Shown here: positions 39,401 to 52,000 of the stretch, piece after piece
Layout: every line of letters begins with the position of its first letter
Numbering within the stretch: position 1 is the stretch's first letter
Virus record (IMG/VR): IMGVR_UViG_3300001528_000580
Coordinates: 320,001-384,000 of that record
DNA: 64,000 nucleotides
Direction: 5' to 3' (one strand)
Origin: a virus
Lineage: Duplodnaviria > Caudoviricetes
Notes under the pieces: model-generated
Database searches by the model: none
Told to the model about the DNA's origin: nothing
Seen by the model: only the letters and a program-made list of their open reading frames with translations
Made by a program: the position numbers and the translations under genes

Positions 39401-42400
39401 ATGATCAATAACAAATTTACTACTATGTATAAATTCAGATGTAAATGTTTTAGTTGATTCATCATATAATCTTAATCTTAACATATATGTAACATTTTGT
39501 AAAAATATAGATTCATCAAATGTATCAACATAAACGCTCCAAGTTAACGGTGGAATTAAATATAAGTATAAATCATTATTAAAGGTGCTGTTAGTTGCAA
39601 TAAAATCATGCCAATCATTATCATTAACTACGCCTCTTTCGTTTACTATGCCATATTGTAAATGAATTTTAGTAGTATTACTCAAATTACCTTCCCAGTG
39701 TATTGTATTATAAGCGTCCCAAAATTGTTGTAAATATACAAATTGTAATTCTTCAAATTGATATGCTTCTGTAATAGAGAAAGTTAAACCAAATCCCCTA
39801 TCTCCTTCCCATATAGCATCTTTTCTCACCCAATATCCTTCATGTTCACTATGAGGATAAGCTGAATAATATTCCTTTTTATTGTCGTTATTAACATAAT
39901 AAGGTATAAAATCTAAATCTGGAAATCTCTCATTGTTTTTTCCATATATTTTTTTAACATTATCAAGATATTTATAACTTATTTCTAATTTTTTACCTAA
40001 TAATGTTCTACTATTATTATTTTTAGGATTTAATCTTACATTACCATAAGTAAAATCATTTCCTACCCATAATATGTAGTAATCCTTTTGAACCAATATT
40101 CTATTATTATTTGAATCATAATAATACATATTAAAGGTATCTTCAAGAATATAATTATGAGATAAAGTTATTGGCTTGTTCATTGCTGTAAAAGTGAGAC
40201 TTCTATCGTTAATAAAGCTATATTGTTGTATTTCAGAAATAATATTATATTTATATATAATTTTTACAGGTTTATTAAAAATAAAATTAATAGATTCATG
40301 CTTATTTAATCTTATCAATGTATTATCAACGCCAAATGTAATATTAAAATATTTTAAATCTAATTCTTTATATTCATTATTTTCATATAAATAAATTTTT
40401 AATGAATCCTCTAATACATTACCATTTTGTATAGTATATGTAGAAGAATTATCATAAAACATAATGTTATCAAAACTATTATTTTGTTCAATTAATTCAC
40501 TTTCATTATAACTAATATATGTTACTTTAATATTTCTATTATTATATAAATCAAAATTATTTATAAATGTAATAGCTATATTTGTTCCATTATCAGTTAT
40601 TGTATAATCAGTATTTGGTATGGCATAATAATTATCATTAAACGCTAAATAAAATAATTTTATACTATTTAAATCAATCGGATATTTACTTAACAAAATT
40701 GTTGATAATGTATTAGATTCATATAAATCAGTTTCATTGTTTCTTATATAATATTTATAACTCGCATTTAGTTTTTTGTTAATAAATCTATTTGATAATA
40801 ATACACTACTATTTTTATTATCACTTGTAACAATAAAATCATCATTAGATAATTCATTATATTTAATATCTTCAATATTTGTTTCAAAAGTATATATAAC
40901 GGTATCAACTAAAATATTTGTTTTAGATAACTTTAATACGTCAGTTACATTATTAAATTTTATTATTTCATTAAAAGAATTATCATCTGAATATGTTTTA
41001 TAACTTGATTCAATATTTTTATCTAAAATATTATTCTTTACATCATCATCAACAACTGTCAATATTCCAGTTGTTTGATCAAAAGAGCAATATTCCAAAA
41101 TATCCATTTGAATATCAGCATAATATATTTTCAATGAATCTAAAATAATGTTATCATTTATTACAAATGAATAAGAATTAAATGAATTAAATACAGCGTT
41201 AGATATCCTTATTATATTAGAATTTAAAATATATGTATAAGATATATTTATTTCTTTATTTAATAAATTATTATCTAAACCTATTTGAGTTAATTTAATT
41301 TTGTTTTCAACTAACTCAAAATTATTGCTTGATAATACATTATTAATCTTGTATGTGATAACTATATCAATACCATAAAAATCTTCATTTTCTAATGTAA
41401 TAGTGTTATTTGAATTATCTATTGAATAGTCGCTTTTATCAATATATATTATATTTCCATTATCATAATATGACAACTCAAAATCATATCCATTCATATC
41501 TTCATATGTAAAAGAATCATTGCCATCTGTAAATATAAAATTAAATTCTTTTTGTTCAATTATATAAGAATTAATATTTGAAATTATATTACTATCAATA
41601 GTTATTTCTTGATTTCTATTTGTAAAAATGATTACATTACTAGTATTTAACGTATTATATAAACTATAAGAATAATCTATTAAAATATTTTTGCCAACGT
41701 AATTAGTAGATGTTGTTTTTAATTTAATAATACCATCTGATTTTTTGGTTAAATCAAATAATGATTCATCTATTGTTAAAATTTCATGGTTACTATCTAT
41801 ATAATAAAAATATATATCATTTATATTTTTATTTAAAACTACTTGAGAATCAATATTTTCAAATACATAACAATTATCTTCTGTAATTTTTATTACTTGT
41901 TCTAATTCATGATATGTATAACGAAAATCTAAATTATTAAATAAAAACTGTACCAATAAAAACAATCCATTACTAATATTAAGACTAATATATCCATTAC
42001 TATAATTATAATATTCTTTTGAAATTAATAAATTATTTTGAAATAAATCAAAATCTATTATATCAAAATTTCCAATAAAGATGTTATTAACATAAAAAAC
42101 AAAATTTTGTTCCTGTAATCCATTTACATTATTATATTCAACATATAATTTATTTTGTAATAAATCTTGAATTAAATAATCATCAACATCTTGTAAAACT
42201 AAAGTGACATTAGAAATATAATTTTCAATATATTCTGGTAACTTATTATCTACAACTACACCATTTATTGCGACTTTATAAATATTATCTGATACAAATT
42301 GTTTATTATCATCTTCATCTAAATAAAATAATTTTATTGTTGTTATATCAATGGCATCATCAAAAATATCACCATGTATATCATCAAATAATACTTCACT

Positions 42401-45400
42401 ATTAGAAGAAACTGTTTTTTCAATATTATATATTATTTTTAATGGTTTATTATTAGCTTTAAAGAAATTTTTGTTGTTAAGATTTAAATAAATAGTATTA
42501 TTATCAATAGAATATATTGGTGCATGAGTATCATCATACTTTTTAACTTCATGATAAAAATCATTATTATCAATATAGTAAACATAAAGTGTATTTTCAA
42601 TAATATTATCAGCTATTTTATAAGTAAAATCCGAATTAAACATAAATGATTTACTTATTAAATCACTTTCAGTATGATAATTATATGTAACAACAATATT
42701 TCTATTTAACATATAATAATTTAAATCTATATATGATATATTATTATTTTCTGTTATTTTATAATATCTACTATTAATAATATTGCCATCTAAACTTAAT
42801 ATAAAATCATCCTTCAATATTAAATCATGTGGTATAATAATTTTACTGTTAGTTGAAGTAAAAATTATATCATTGCTATTGACAAGTTCTTCAATTATAT
42901 CATCAGAAGTAATATAATATTGATAATCATAGTGTATTTCTTTGTCATAATATTTTTCATTCTGATATAATACAAATGATGCATTATATCCCGAACTACT
43001 TTGACTAAAAGAATAAGAAGAACGATTAATATTTATTTTATCCTCTCCTACATAATAATATAATTCTAATGTGTTAGATATAACATTCCTATGTTCTAAT
43101 GTAATAGCTCTTGGTGTACTTATAAAATCTTGTTCACTAGAACCTGAATAATATTCATAAAATAATTCTGATACATCTCCTTCTATTGTAACATCAGATA
43201 TACCATATGATGATTTGTCGGAATAATAATTCTGCTTTTTTAACAATTCATAACCTAAATTACTTCCCTCAAAAGTTGCATCATACTTAACATTAAGTTG
43301 AATTGAATTAGCTCCTGTAATATATGGAGCAATATCATCCCTTACAATACTAACATAATCATCATCATCTATGTTAGACCAATCTACATTAAAAACTGAT
43401 GAATTATCTTCAAACCAAAAATATTCTCTTTTACTATCTATATCAAATGGTATATAAATACAATTTTTCTCTTGTATTTTTCTATCTCCATCTTCTAAAT
43501 ATTTATATTTATAAGCAAATAATCTAGAGCTATTACTTACTGTATCAAAGTTAGGATAATTTGATTTAAACCAATTATTTAAAACTTGTAATAAATTTTC
43601 ATCAGTTATTCTTTCACTCCAATCATAATAATGACCTAATACATATCTTCTTTTATCTCTTGTAAGTTTTATATCAAGATCATATGCTTGTTTTCTTCCA
43701 TTAAACTGATTTGCAGAATAAACTACATTAGTTGCTTTTTCATATTTTGGAACAGCAACATTACTAAAACCAGCACCATTCAATGTTATTTCTTCATCTG
43801 AACCTTCTTCTGGATATTCAATTGTTGGTTGTGCGCCTCTTATATTAATGTATTTCTTTTTATAAACTTGAAAATAAATTTTGTTATTATTTTCATCTAA
43901 TATATTATCATCAACAATATTTATTACATTAGGTAAATTTTCAAATAAATCTGTCACTTTTTTATTATCAACATACATTAAAATATTTTTTTCATCATAT
44001 ACTTTATTTTCAATTACAATTAATTTCAATGGTATTTCTTTATCAGAAAAAAATCTATGAAATTCTCCATCTATTTTTTCTGTAATAAAATTTTTATAAC
44101 CATATTGACCAGGCAACATGTGACCTTTTTCAAAATAATATTTTCTAATATATAATTTACTTAAATCAATATAATCCCAATATCTTTCATCGATAAATGG
44201 TGGATAACCATTTTTACAAATTACATCTGGATATAAAGTATATTCTGGTGACTCTGTTTCATTATCCTCAAAAACACATTCTCCATCAATATAAGTTCTT
44301 TTTCCAAATCCATTCTCCATATTATTAGATTCATTATAGCTTCCTAATTCACCTTTTAATTCCCCACCCCAACGATAATAATAATACAATCTTTCTTTAC
44401 CGTCATCATCCCTTTTATATTCAACATGATTATATACACTATATTTAGGGTCAACTATATTTTCATTTGTTTTTACATCAGGAGCAGTAGAAACAAATAT
44501 TGGATTACAAGCTGGTGGTTTTTGATATGATGGTCTAATTGTAACTTTATCTGTATTTCCAGTACCAGTACTTCCCCCCCAAACCCAATCATCTGGATTA
44601 ACAGAATCACTTGAGTCTTGTATTACATATTCACCATCATCTTTTTGCAAAAATGATCTGCTATCAAGATAAATAGAAAAATCTTTTATATCATCATATT
44701 TAACATTGTTAAATACATTATTTTCAGTAGTATATTTATCTGGATCTTCTGGATAAATGTTTTTAAAATTAATATAATATTCGTAATCTTCAGTTTTAGA
44801 ACTATCTATTAAACTTGAATCAATATGTATTTGTTCCCATAAATCACTATTCCAGCCAATATAATCAACTGGTAATTCTTTAGATGTCATTTGATATAAT
44901 AAAGGAAAACTTTCATCAATATCATCTGATTCTCTTTTATAAACCATAAAATAATTGTTAATAAATGATATAGTGATCGAACTTACTCCTGAACCACCAG
45001 GATTAAATCTTTCATTATCTATATATACTAATACCATTTGTTCATCACCATACATATTATTGCTATATGGCGTAGCATAAATCCAGTATTTACCACTTAA
45101 TTGAAGAATATCTTCACTTGTTCTCCATGTAACAGTATTATTGCCATTTGGTAGCAATACTGTTGAATTCATCAATGAACATGGTTTTTTATTTAAAACA
45201 TCATCTTCTGGTGCATATTGTATAATTACTGTTGTATAATCACCACCTGGATTATATAAATCAAAATTAATAATAAAATCACCATATTCATTGCCTGTAT
45301 CATATGCAGTTAAATTTGTTAATACAGGAGGCTGAAAACTTCTTATAAGAAAGCAATGTATAGTTGACCAATCAGAATAATCATACCCATCAAATGCTCT

Positions 45401-45991
45401 AACTCTATAAAAATAAAAACCATCATCTAACTTATATCCATTATATACAACATAACCACTTGTAACACCTGGTACACTTGTATCATTTATTAAAATTGTA
45501 TTGTCATGAAATAATGGATTAGTTGCAACTTGTAAATGATATAACAATGTTTGATTTGTATTTTGATCAAAAGACTTTTCCCACAAATAAGCTACTGGAT
45601 TTTGTGAATTTAATGTTTCAATAACATTATCAAGAATAAAAAAACCTGAATCACCATCTGTAACATCACCAGATGTATAATCCATATCTGTTCCAATTTT
45701 ATTATTATCAGAAAAAACAATTTCTATATGACAAAGACCCAACCAATTATTGTTCATTGATAATCCTAAGGGCCATTGAAATTCTTTTTGATCTCCAAGT
45801 GTTTCTGCACCTAATAAATATGCACCAGTTGCTAAGTTAGTAATTTTAATATTAAATCTTACTTGTGCAACATCACTTGGAATTTCCCACATTATATAAG
45901 GTGTGAAAGTAGATATACCACATGGTGTTTGATTATTCTTAGTTGTATCAGCAGTATTGCCTATATAAATCTTTACATCTTTTTTTATCAT
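36494..45991 (-). CDS. Giant probable virion/tail protein (FN3-like domain, tandem beta-sandwich repeats, beta-propeller)
   Basis: YFYRVRAFDG..SDWS (FN3-like); repeated l.lYy..Y.i..i.v.Y.Y units; DPFVV/YPSII/TPFLY/NPSIV blades. Confidence 0.7.
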   Translation of the reverse strand: MIKKDVKIYIGNTADTTKNNQTPCGISTFTPYIMWEIPSDVAQVRFNIKITNLATGAYLLGAETLGDQKEFQWPLGLSMNNNWLGLCHIEIVFSDNNKIGTDMDYTSGDVTDGDSGFFILDNVIETLNSQNPVAYLWEKSFDQNTNQTLLYHLQVATNPLFHDNTILINDTSVPGVTSGYVVYNGYKLDDGFYFYRVRAFDGYDYSDWSTIHCFLIRSFQPPVLTNLTAYDTGNEYGDFIINFDLYNPGGDYTTVIIQYAPEDDVLNKKPCSLMNSTVLLPNGNNTVTWRTSEDILQLSGKYWIYATPYSNNMYGDEQMVLVYIDNERFNPGGSGVSSITISFINNYFMVYKRESDDIDESFPLLYQMTSKELPVDYIGWNSDLWEQIHIDSSLIDSSKTEDYEYYINFKNIYPEDPDKYTTENNVFNNVKYDDIKDFSIYLDSRSFLQKDDGEYVIQDSSDSVNPDDWVWGGSTGTGNTDKVTIRPSYQKPPACNPIFVSTAPDVKTNENIVDPKYSVYNHVEYKRDDDGKERLYYYYRWGGELKGELGSYNESNNMENGFGKRTYIDGECVFEDNETESPEYTLYPDVICKNGYPPFIDERYWDYIDLSKLYIRKYYFEKGHMLPGQYGYKNFITEKIDGEFHRFFSDKEIPLKLIVIENKVYDEKNILMYVDNKKVTDLFENLPNVINIVDDNILDENNNKIYFQVYKKKYINIRGAQPTIEYPEEGSDEEITLNGAGFSNVAVPKYEKATNVVYSANQFNGRKQAYDLDIKLTRDKRRYVLGHYYDWSERITDENLLQVLNNWFKSNYPNFDTVSNSSRLFAYKYKYLEDGDRKIQEKNCIYIPFDIDSKREYFWFEDNSSVFNVDWSNIDDDDYVSIVRDDIAPYITGANSIQLNVKYDATFEGSNLGYELLKKQNYYSDKSSYGISDVTIEGDVSELFYEYYSGSSEQDFISTPRAITLEHRNVISNTLELYYYVGEDKININRSSYSFSQSSSGYNASFVLYQNEKYYDKEIHYDYQYYITSDDIIEELVNSNDIIFTSTNSKIIIPHDLILKDDFILSLDGNIINSRYYKITENNNISYIDLNYYMLNRNIVVTYNYHTESDLISKSFMFNSDFTYKIADNIIENTLYVYYIDNNDFYHEVKKYDDTHAPIYSIDNNTIYLNLNNKNFFKANNKPLKIIYNIEKTVSSNSEVLFDDIHGDIFDDAIDITTIKLFYLDEDDNKQFVSDNIYKVAINGVVVDNKLPEYIENYISNVTLVLQDVDDYLIQDLLQNKLYVEYNNVNGLQEQNFVFYVNNIFIGNFDIIDFDLFQNNLLISKEYYNYSNGYISLNISNGLFLLVQFLFNNLDFRYTYHELEQVIKITEDNCYVFENIDSQVVLNKNINDIYFYYIDSNHEILTIDESLFDLTKKSDGIIKLKTTSTNYVGKNILIDYSYSLYNTLNTSNVIIFTNRNQEITIDSNIISNINSYIIEQKEFNFIFTDGNDSFTYEDMNGYDFELSYYDNGNIIYIDKSDYSIDNSNNTITLENEDFYGIDIVITYKINNVLSSNNFELVENKIKLTQIGLDNNLLNKEINISYTYILNSNIIRISNAVFNSFNSYSFVINDNIILDSLKIYYADIQMDILEYCSFDQTTGILTVVDDDVKNNILDKNIESSYKTYSDDNSFNEIIKFNNVTDVLKLSKTNILVDTVIYTFETNIEDIKYNELSNDDFIVTSDNKNSSVLLSNRFINKKLNASYKYYIRNNETDLYESNTLSTILLSKYPIDLNSIKLFYLAFNDNYYAIPNTDYTITDNGTNIAITFINNFDLYNNRNIKVTYISYNESELIEQNNSFDNIMFYDNSSTYTIQNGNVLEDSLKIYLYENNEYKELDLKYFNITFGVDNTLIRLNKHESINFIFNKPVKIIYKYNIISEIQQYSFINDRSLTFTAMNKPITLSHNYILEDTFNMYYYDSNNNRILVQKDYYILWVGNDFTYGNVRLNPKNNNSRTLLGKKLEISYKYLDNVKKIYGKNNERFPDLDFIPYYVNNDNKKEYYSAYPHSEHEGYWVRKDAIWEGDRGFGLTFSITEAYQFEELQFVYLQQFWDAYNTIHWEGNLSNTTKIHLQYGIVNERGVVNDNDWHDFIATNSTFNNDLYLYLIPPLTWSVYVDTFDESIFLQNVTYMLRLRLYDESTKTFTSEFIHSSKFVIDHDAVNPANIVNIEYNPWTGLLAIDFRIDDTQGDLYDLTAIYYSQDGRTWNSIEMDDIKGQTTYLTSNLRDPKDLIIHRIYWNTNNYSLPAGTSYRIKIDATYTKFNQGDKPYFTWICTKNPEIDYYERKILQLEGGKQYYIYKENRFEVVVDEDGLTEYVELDNPVGTWERVEPYEYTYEIEKTDENGNIVTDENGNIVYITITETRDYIITNGTIKDKENQVQEIKDRPYKTVINNGVSESIAWGVQEYYNDSGVLIDRTGYNNWMNGYDEVYNVKRIDLITNLNNDIEIEKTNLLIYKKKLLECEMENRRALVRQGYYNNGFENNTYNEENPVPYKFRVIDSPSTGTVSDANMSDDITDLYIVYYNFQMDFNSMYNSQGKNLPLRDEFYTYNDSSDSTERIRAGKSVSNASHVKIDGESYSNTDPEGAPEHEDNRYYGDYNMPKDKYPGKISTDILPSNYDSWTTEYFWRLRPYNLFTDTKKEISRSLIKSITEDGNNLKITFLGIGNKDLGNVHLLSWDYYGYVIYISKTKSDIIKLANPSENDISTSNYSGYTVAFPTDRLRDSDGYVIDNDSFKNWISFNPNKIRPVCVVFDNDYYLFYYKPSIQGNKLIYSAMSKNGQEYGEYSQCFPYNPDDIVTDTCNYDQFLDPFVVRINNSFYMWTSAVEITDFEGNKNVVCFQKSDYTGDNWEQPVTCYGLDNCYYPSIIYEEKEREIIKDNQTVIEKYNDYILCALNGQNIVFYGSDGNEKSWESKNIIINKDNLKIKDFSYNYDSINYGTPFLYMDIEDNVKTYYLYFSVYDMNGNSDIYRTKSNNLTSWEEAQLVIENGFNPSIVADVYYGNKIQRLYYNSTINGKLNGKDVQKIIVKTVIITSKRTWNNYNNVVASSCNLGSIPTSNTGIENSISISKSSIGEYSLNDLEVRIVFLNNDNKKQYHRYGNWLSYADAETFGYTINPDNKFKYLDV

Positions 45992-46038
45992 TTACATCTT
46001 TATCCTACATTTATAAATGATAAAATATAAAAAACATT

Positions 46039-49000
46039 TTATGTTCCTGAAACTGGTTTTGAATTAGGTATTGTATATTCTTCACCACTATCAATCAATT
46101 CTTCTGTTCTGTCACGTTCTCTTAAATAAACTACTATATATGGAACATCCCAACATAATGTTTTTCTTTTGCCACCATTATCTAATTTAACACCTACCAT
46201 AAAACCAGTTTTATCTAAACCACCAGTTCTTTCTTTTACTACTGTACCATCTTTTAATTCTCTTACAGTTACTGCAGGAGCAGATACAGATAAATTTCCA
46301 CTAAGTATAGTATTAGGTCTTCCAAATAATTTTATAGTTCCTCTACATGTCCCAAATAATGATTCACAATGATCACCATAAATATCTTTTTCAAATGTTT
46401 CTTGACCAAAACCTGTTCTTTCATTTCCTCTTAACGTTCTAGTAACAAACTGATTATTATATATAGAATTTCCTTTTACTGTAACATCAATAGTAACTAA
46501 TTCGTTATTAAAACATGTCCACGGAATAGTTCTTTGTACACTTGCATTAGCCACATCAGCAGCACTTGTATATGTTTTAGAAGTATCTGCTAATGGCGTT
46601 GATGCACCATTATCTGGTAATTCTGTATTTATTTTACATATTGTTCCTTTTTCTACCTGATAACTTGGACCCCTACCATCTGCTGAAACATTTATTTCTA
46701 AACCATCTCCATTACCATACCAAGCCTTAACATTAACCATTGTTGGCATAAATGATTTACTTATACCGTGTCTTCTTAATAATCTTTCAAAATCTTTTAT
46801 ATCAACATATGTTTCTGATGTGCTTGAAGAACTAGTTGCACTTGTACTAGATTGCTCATCATCATCAAGTAATGGTTCAACTTTTGCATACTTTGGTAAT
46901 ACAACAGTATTTTTAGATAATAAATGATAAAAGTTTCCACCAACTACTTTATAATATTTAGCAGTTTTTTCTTCTATTTTTCTTTCACCATTTTCATCTA
47001 AAATATAATTACCTTCTTCATCTTTAACATATGATTCATATTTTTCTTCCTGTAATTCAACTTCCCACAATAAATCATCATTATATTTCATATTTTGTTT
47101 TAATGGTATATCATAAGAATTTTCTCTCGCAATAGATACCTTAAAAAATTGTGTTGGTAAATCAGTCAATTTATTTTTTTCTTTATATTGAAATGTTTCA
47201 TATTTAGGAGCTGGCATGATAGTTAAATCATCATCATTATAAGCACAACCATATATTTCAAATTTATTAAAACACATTGCATATATTTCCTGTTTAATCA
47301 TACAAGCTCCTTTTTGAACTTCTGGTATAGCACTAATGATTAATTTTCTTCCTTGATTTGTTTTTATTCTATATGTTGTACCATATTCACCTTCATCGTT
47401 TTGAAATGATATTTTTGCTCCATCTAAATCACCATTCGCTACCGATTCCAAATCATTATCCAACATAAAACATTTTTCCTCATTACTATATTCACCATAA
47501 GCTAAAAATGAAGTGTTTTTTAATGTTGGTAAAACACACAATTTAACATACCTGCCTCTATATAATTCTGAAAATACAACATTTATATCACTACCTAAAG
47601 AAACTTCGACTTTAGTTTTTGTAACTTCATCAAAATATTCATATTTCGCTGTTTTTTCATTATAAAATACATTTAATATACATTCCCAAACACTCTTATC
47701 TTCACTTATATAAATAGAAAAAGAACATGCTGGTGTATCGTCACCATCAAAATCACTTTGTCTTACTACTAAATTTTTAATTATTGGATTATCGAGAAAT
47801 GTTTTTTCATAAATAAAAGTTTCTATACCATCACTACTTGTTGTTGTTACTCCTTCTGCATTTTTTAATGATGTTCCACAAGCAGGACAAGTATCACCTG
47901 TAAACTGTGAACCTCTTTGTTTTGCCCAAATTCCAACTGGAGTTACTGGATTCATATTACAACTACAATCAGCATTAGGACAATAACACATAGAATAATC
48001 TTTTGAACCTGGCTCAATTCTCCAATCTCTTCTTTCTGATTCTATTGGACTTTGCAATAAATCTAATATCATGTATTGTACAGTTGCATTTAAAGATCTA
48101 TTTTTCCACGGTTTACAATTTTGTTTATTATAATTAGAATTTAATATATTTAATAAACCTTTTGGATGATTTCCATCTGCATAACCAGTTCCATCTATTA
48201 TTCTATTACAATCATACTCAAAATTCATTAAGTTATCCCAACCTGTAATATTAATATTTTCATTACATGTAATTACAACTTGTCCATCCAATGTAGTATC
48301 TGCATTTAATATATCAGATGCAATACCATTAAATTTTGAACTAATTGAAGATGCATCATATGTTCCAGCCTCTATTTCTAAATCTTTATCATTAATAGTT
48401 ATCTTAGTATTTTCTTCAAATACAAACGGTTCTTTGAATTTTGTAAAAAATATTTTTGAATTATTCAATTCATATTTTTCACCATATTCTTTTTCTGGCA
48501 ATTTACCATCTTCTGTTTTAGGATACCATTGGTTAGCATTCAACAAATAACCATGTTCACCATATAATCTTTTATTTATATTTATTCTTTCTTTTTTACT
48601 GTCATATGATTCGCTTTTAGAACCTGTATATTTAGATTCTTCATATTTTAATGCTAACATTTCTTCTAAACTTTTTCCAAAACTAGCATGATATTTTCTT
48701 TCAATTCTTTGATTATAAAGTTTTTTTACTGTTGATGTAATATCTTGTACAATAGTTGTTTCACCTGCTTCTGAATTTACTTTTTCGTTATCATATTCAG
48801 TTTGAACAATTACTATGTCATCATTATTATTCCAACCAGTATCATAATATTTTTCTTCAACTTTATTTATTACAGCATTTTGTAATCCAGAAGAATTCAT
48901 TCCTGTATAATTAAAATAATTTGGTATATTTTGCATTTGTTGTGTTAAAAATTCATTAACATATTTTGGATAGTATCTTTGAAAATCTTTTTCTATAATA

Positions 49001-52000
49001 TCTCCACCACCACTATCAATAACTAAAGTACAATCTGTTAAATATCTGTCATTTAAATCATTAAATTCTTCTAATGTTAATTCTTTCCACAATTCATTTT
49101 CTTGCTTTTTCTGGATAATATCTTCTCCAAATCCACCCCATTCTAAATATTTCCATGTATCAGTTTTTCCATAATCTTTATCTTGATAATGATTTATTCC
49201 GCTTAAAACTTCTTCTATATTAATTTCTTCTAATTGTGTTACATAAGGAACGTTTTCTTCTTTCCAACCAAATTCAATAATATCAAGAGTTTTACTTTTT
49301 ACTAAAGGTCTTTTTTTAATGTAAACCGGAAATCCATATTCATCAATATAAAATTTATCACCATATTTATCAATTATATAATGTGTATTACTACTTAACC
49401 AACTACTATCTTGTCCCTGATATAACATATCAGGTCTTCCAGGATATGCATCTTTTCCATGTAAATGTAATCCTTCTGTTTCATGTGATGTTGTAAATGC
49501 ATGATAATGTTGATAATGAATTCTTCCATTATAACCTAATCCAATAGGATTTTTTGTAGCATCTGTTCCATTTGGTTCTACTATTAAATAAGCAGCTACT
49601 ACTTCTTTATCAAGTGGAACTCCACCATGTATACATATAAAAGCATCAGAAGATGTTCTATCACCAGGACTTGTATGTACGGAAGAACCGTCTTTACTAT
49701 CAAAGTGACACCAAGAACCAGCTAAAGCAGTTGCTCTACCGCCAATTAATCCATATTTAAACCACCAGGGGGCTGACGGTGGATAATATTCTTTAACTGT
49801 TCCAATTCCAGGATCACCAGAATAATAATATACAACACATTCTGTTCCATTCTGATGTGCCAATACAATAGGTGGAACAGTACATCTTTGTTTTACCCAT
49901 GCTCTTTTATAAGTAACTTCCTTTCTATTATCATAAGATGCTCTATTTAATTTATATTCACTTGGAGAAACTGTTCCACCAATAATATATCCTAAAGTTG
50001 GTTCCAATCTATCCCTGAAAGCTCTAACGTAATCAATAGTAACCATTTTTAATCCGTCTCCACTTTTAAACGGTTCAAAATCTGCTAATGGATTATTACC
50101 TAAACTTTCTTTTGTGAATGGATTTATATATTTATTATTAGTATCTTTTGTATCAAATTCTGTAATTTTCTTATTCATCATTGGATTGCTCATAACAGTT
50201 TTATTGGCAATAGTCATATCATATGATTTTTTATCTGGATTAGCTTCTTTATCATATATTTCTGTTAATGGTAATCCCATCTTATAAAAACCTTTTGCTT
50301 CTTCTGGATCAACCCTATCTATTTTTTCTGTATCTTTATTAGCGTTTGAAGTTTTATAATCACCTAATTTAAATATCATTTGTGATACAAGTGTATTAGC
50401 AATAATTGTTGGATTTTTCCAAAAATAGGTATCTGTTTTAATAACAGTTCCAGGCAAACCGTATATACTAACATTACCCATTGCCTTCACTCTTAAAAAT
50501 TGTGTTAATGAAGTTTCTACTAATTCACCACCACACCAGGGACATATACGTGGTGTTCCATCAGCATTTGTTAAAAATCTTAATGCTAATGTTGTATCAC
50601 AAACTTGACAATAAGCACCTTTTCTTTCTCTTGGTAATGCTTCTGCATATCCAATATGAGGTGGAATTTTTTTAAAACTTTCTTCATCTATTTGATAAAT
50701 TGGAGGATCTTTTCTAAGAGCTTCTATTATTTCTTTTGTATCGGTTGAATAAACGGTACATCTATCAGGAGTTGGATTAGTTTGTTCTCCTGTTTCTGGA
50801 TCAGTAAAAGTATTAGTTTTTCTATTTGAAAGTCCAGTTGCTCCATTTGGACCACTACCTGGTTCTAATCTACCATCTTTATTTTCTAAAGCATTTTCTA
50901 ACGTAGCAGATTTTAAATCACCTAAACTTCTTCCATCTATAATCCATTCTCCACTTTCATCTATCCAATAACCTTGTGTACAAGTTTTAGTTTGTGGTAT
51001 TTTATCATAATCAGAGTCTCCAATTCCATAATCACCTGTCATAAATGTATCTTCAAGATATTCTTCTTTTTTAAAAATAAATTCATTTCCTCTTAATGAA
51101 ACATCTTTATATTGTGGATGATAACCGCCAATAAATTTTATTTCATTATCAACCGTTATCGGATCTCTAGTTGGAATAACTAAGTTTTCAAGTTTTATGC
51201 ACCATAAATCACCTTTTTCTGGTGATTCTGCACTTGCGTTTTCATCTGTTCCTATATCTCCTATCCCATAAGATTGATATAATGTATAAATATAATACTT
51301 TTTATTTTCATCATTTTCTTCATTAGAAACTAATTTTACTTTACATAATAACCAAGCCTTTTTAGAACTATCATATAACTCTTCTTCTAATAATATTTGT
51401 TGTATTCCAAACATATTATTTAATTGAATTATCCCATGTTCTTCACTAGTAAAATATTTAACATGAACTTCTGTTAATTCTCCTTGATTGTTTAATCTTT
51501 CAACAGTTCCTTCATATTTATAATAAATCTTATAAATATTATTTCCTTCCTTTTCAACATAAAATTCAGAATCTTTTTTAGAATTAGTATATGAATCCAA
51601 ATCTTGATATAATGATGAAAATAATCCTGTCAATTGAGATGTCATAAAATTATTATTAAATAAAAATTCAGAAGCTCCCTTGTTTACTCGATTATAAGGA
51701 CAACCCATATGTTTTTTTGTGGCTTTATTATAAAATGTGCAATATGGTTTTGATGTTTTTACTATTTCTCCTAAATCATTAATATACTTATATTCAACTC
51801 CACTATTTTTACCTGCACTAACATTTGTTTTTTTAGCCAATCCAATAATATCATTACAAAATTTTCCATTATAACAAGGTAATACATTGCTTAACCACCT
51901 ATGAAAATTTATCTGACTTGCATCTCCAAAATATACTGTATCTATTTTCAAAACACCAGCATTTTCTCTATTATCAATAGCAAATTTTCCAGTTCCTCTT

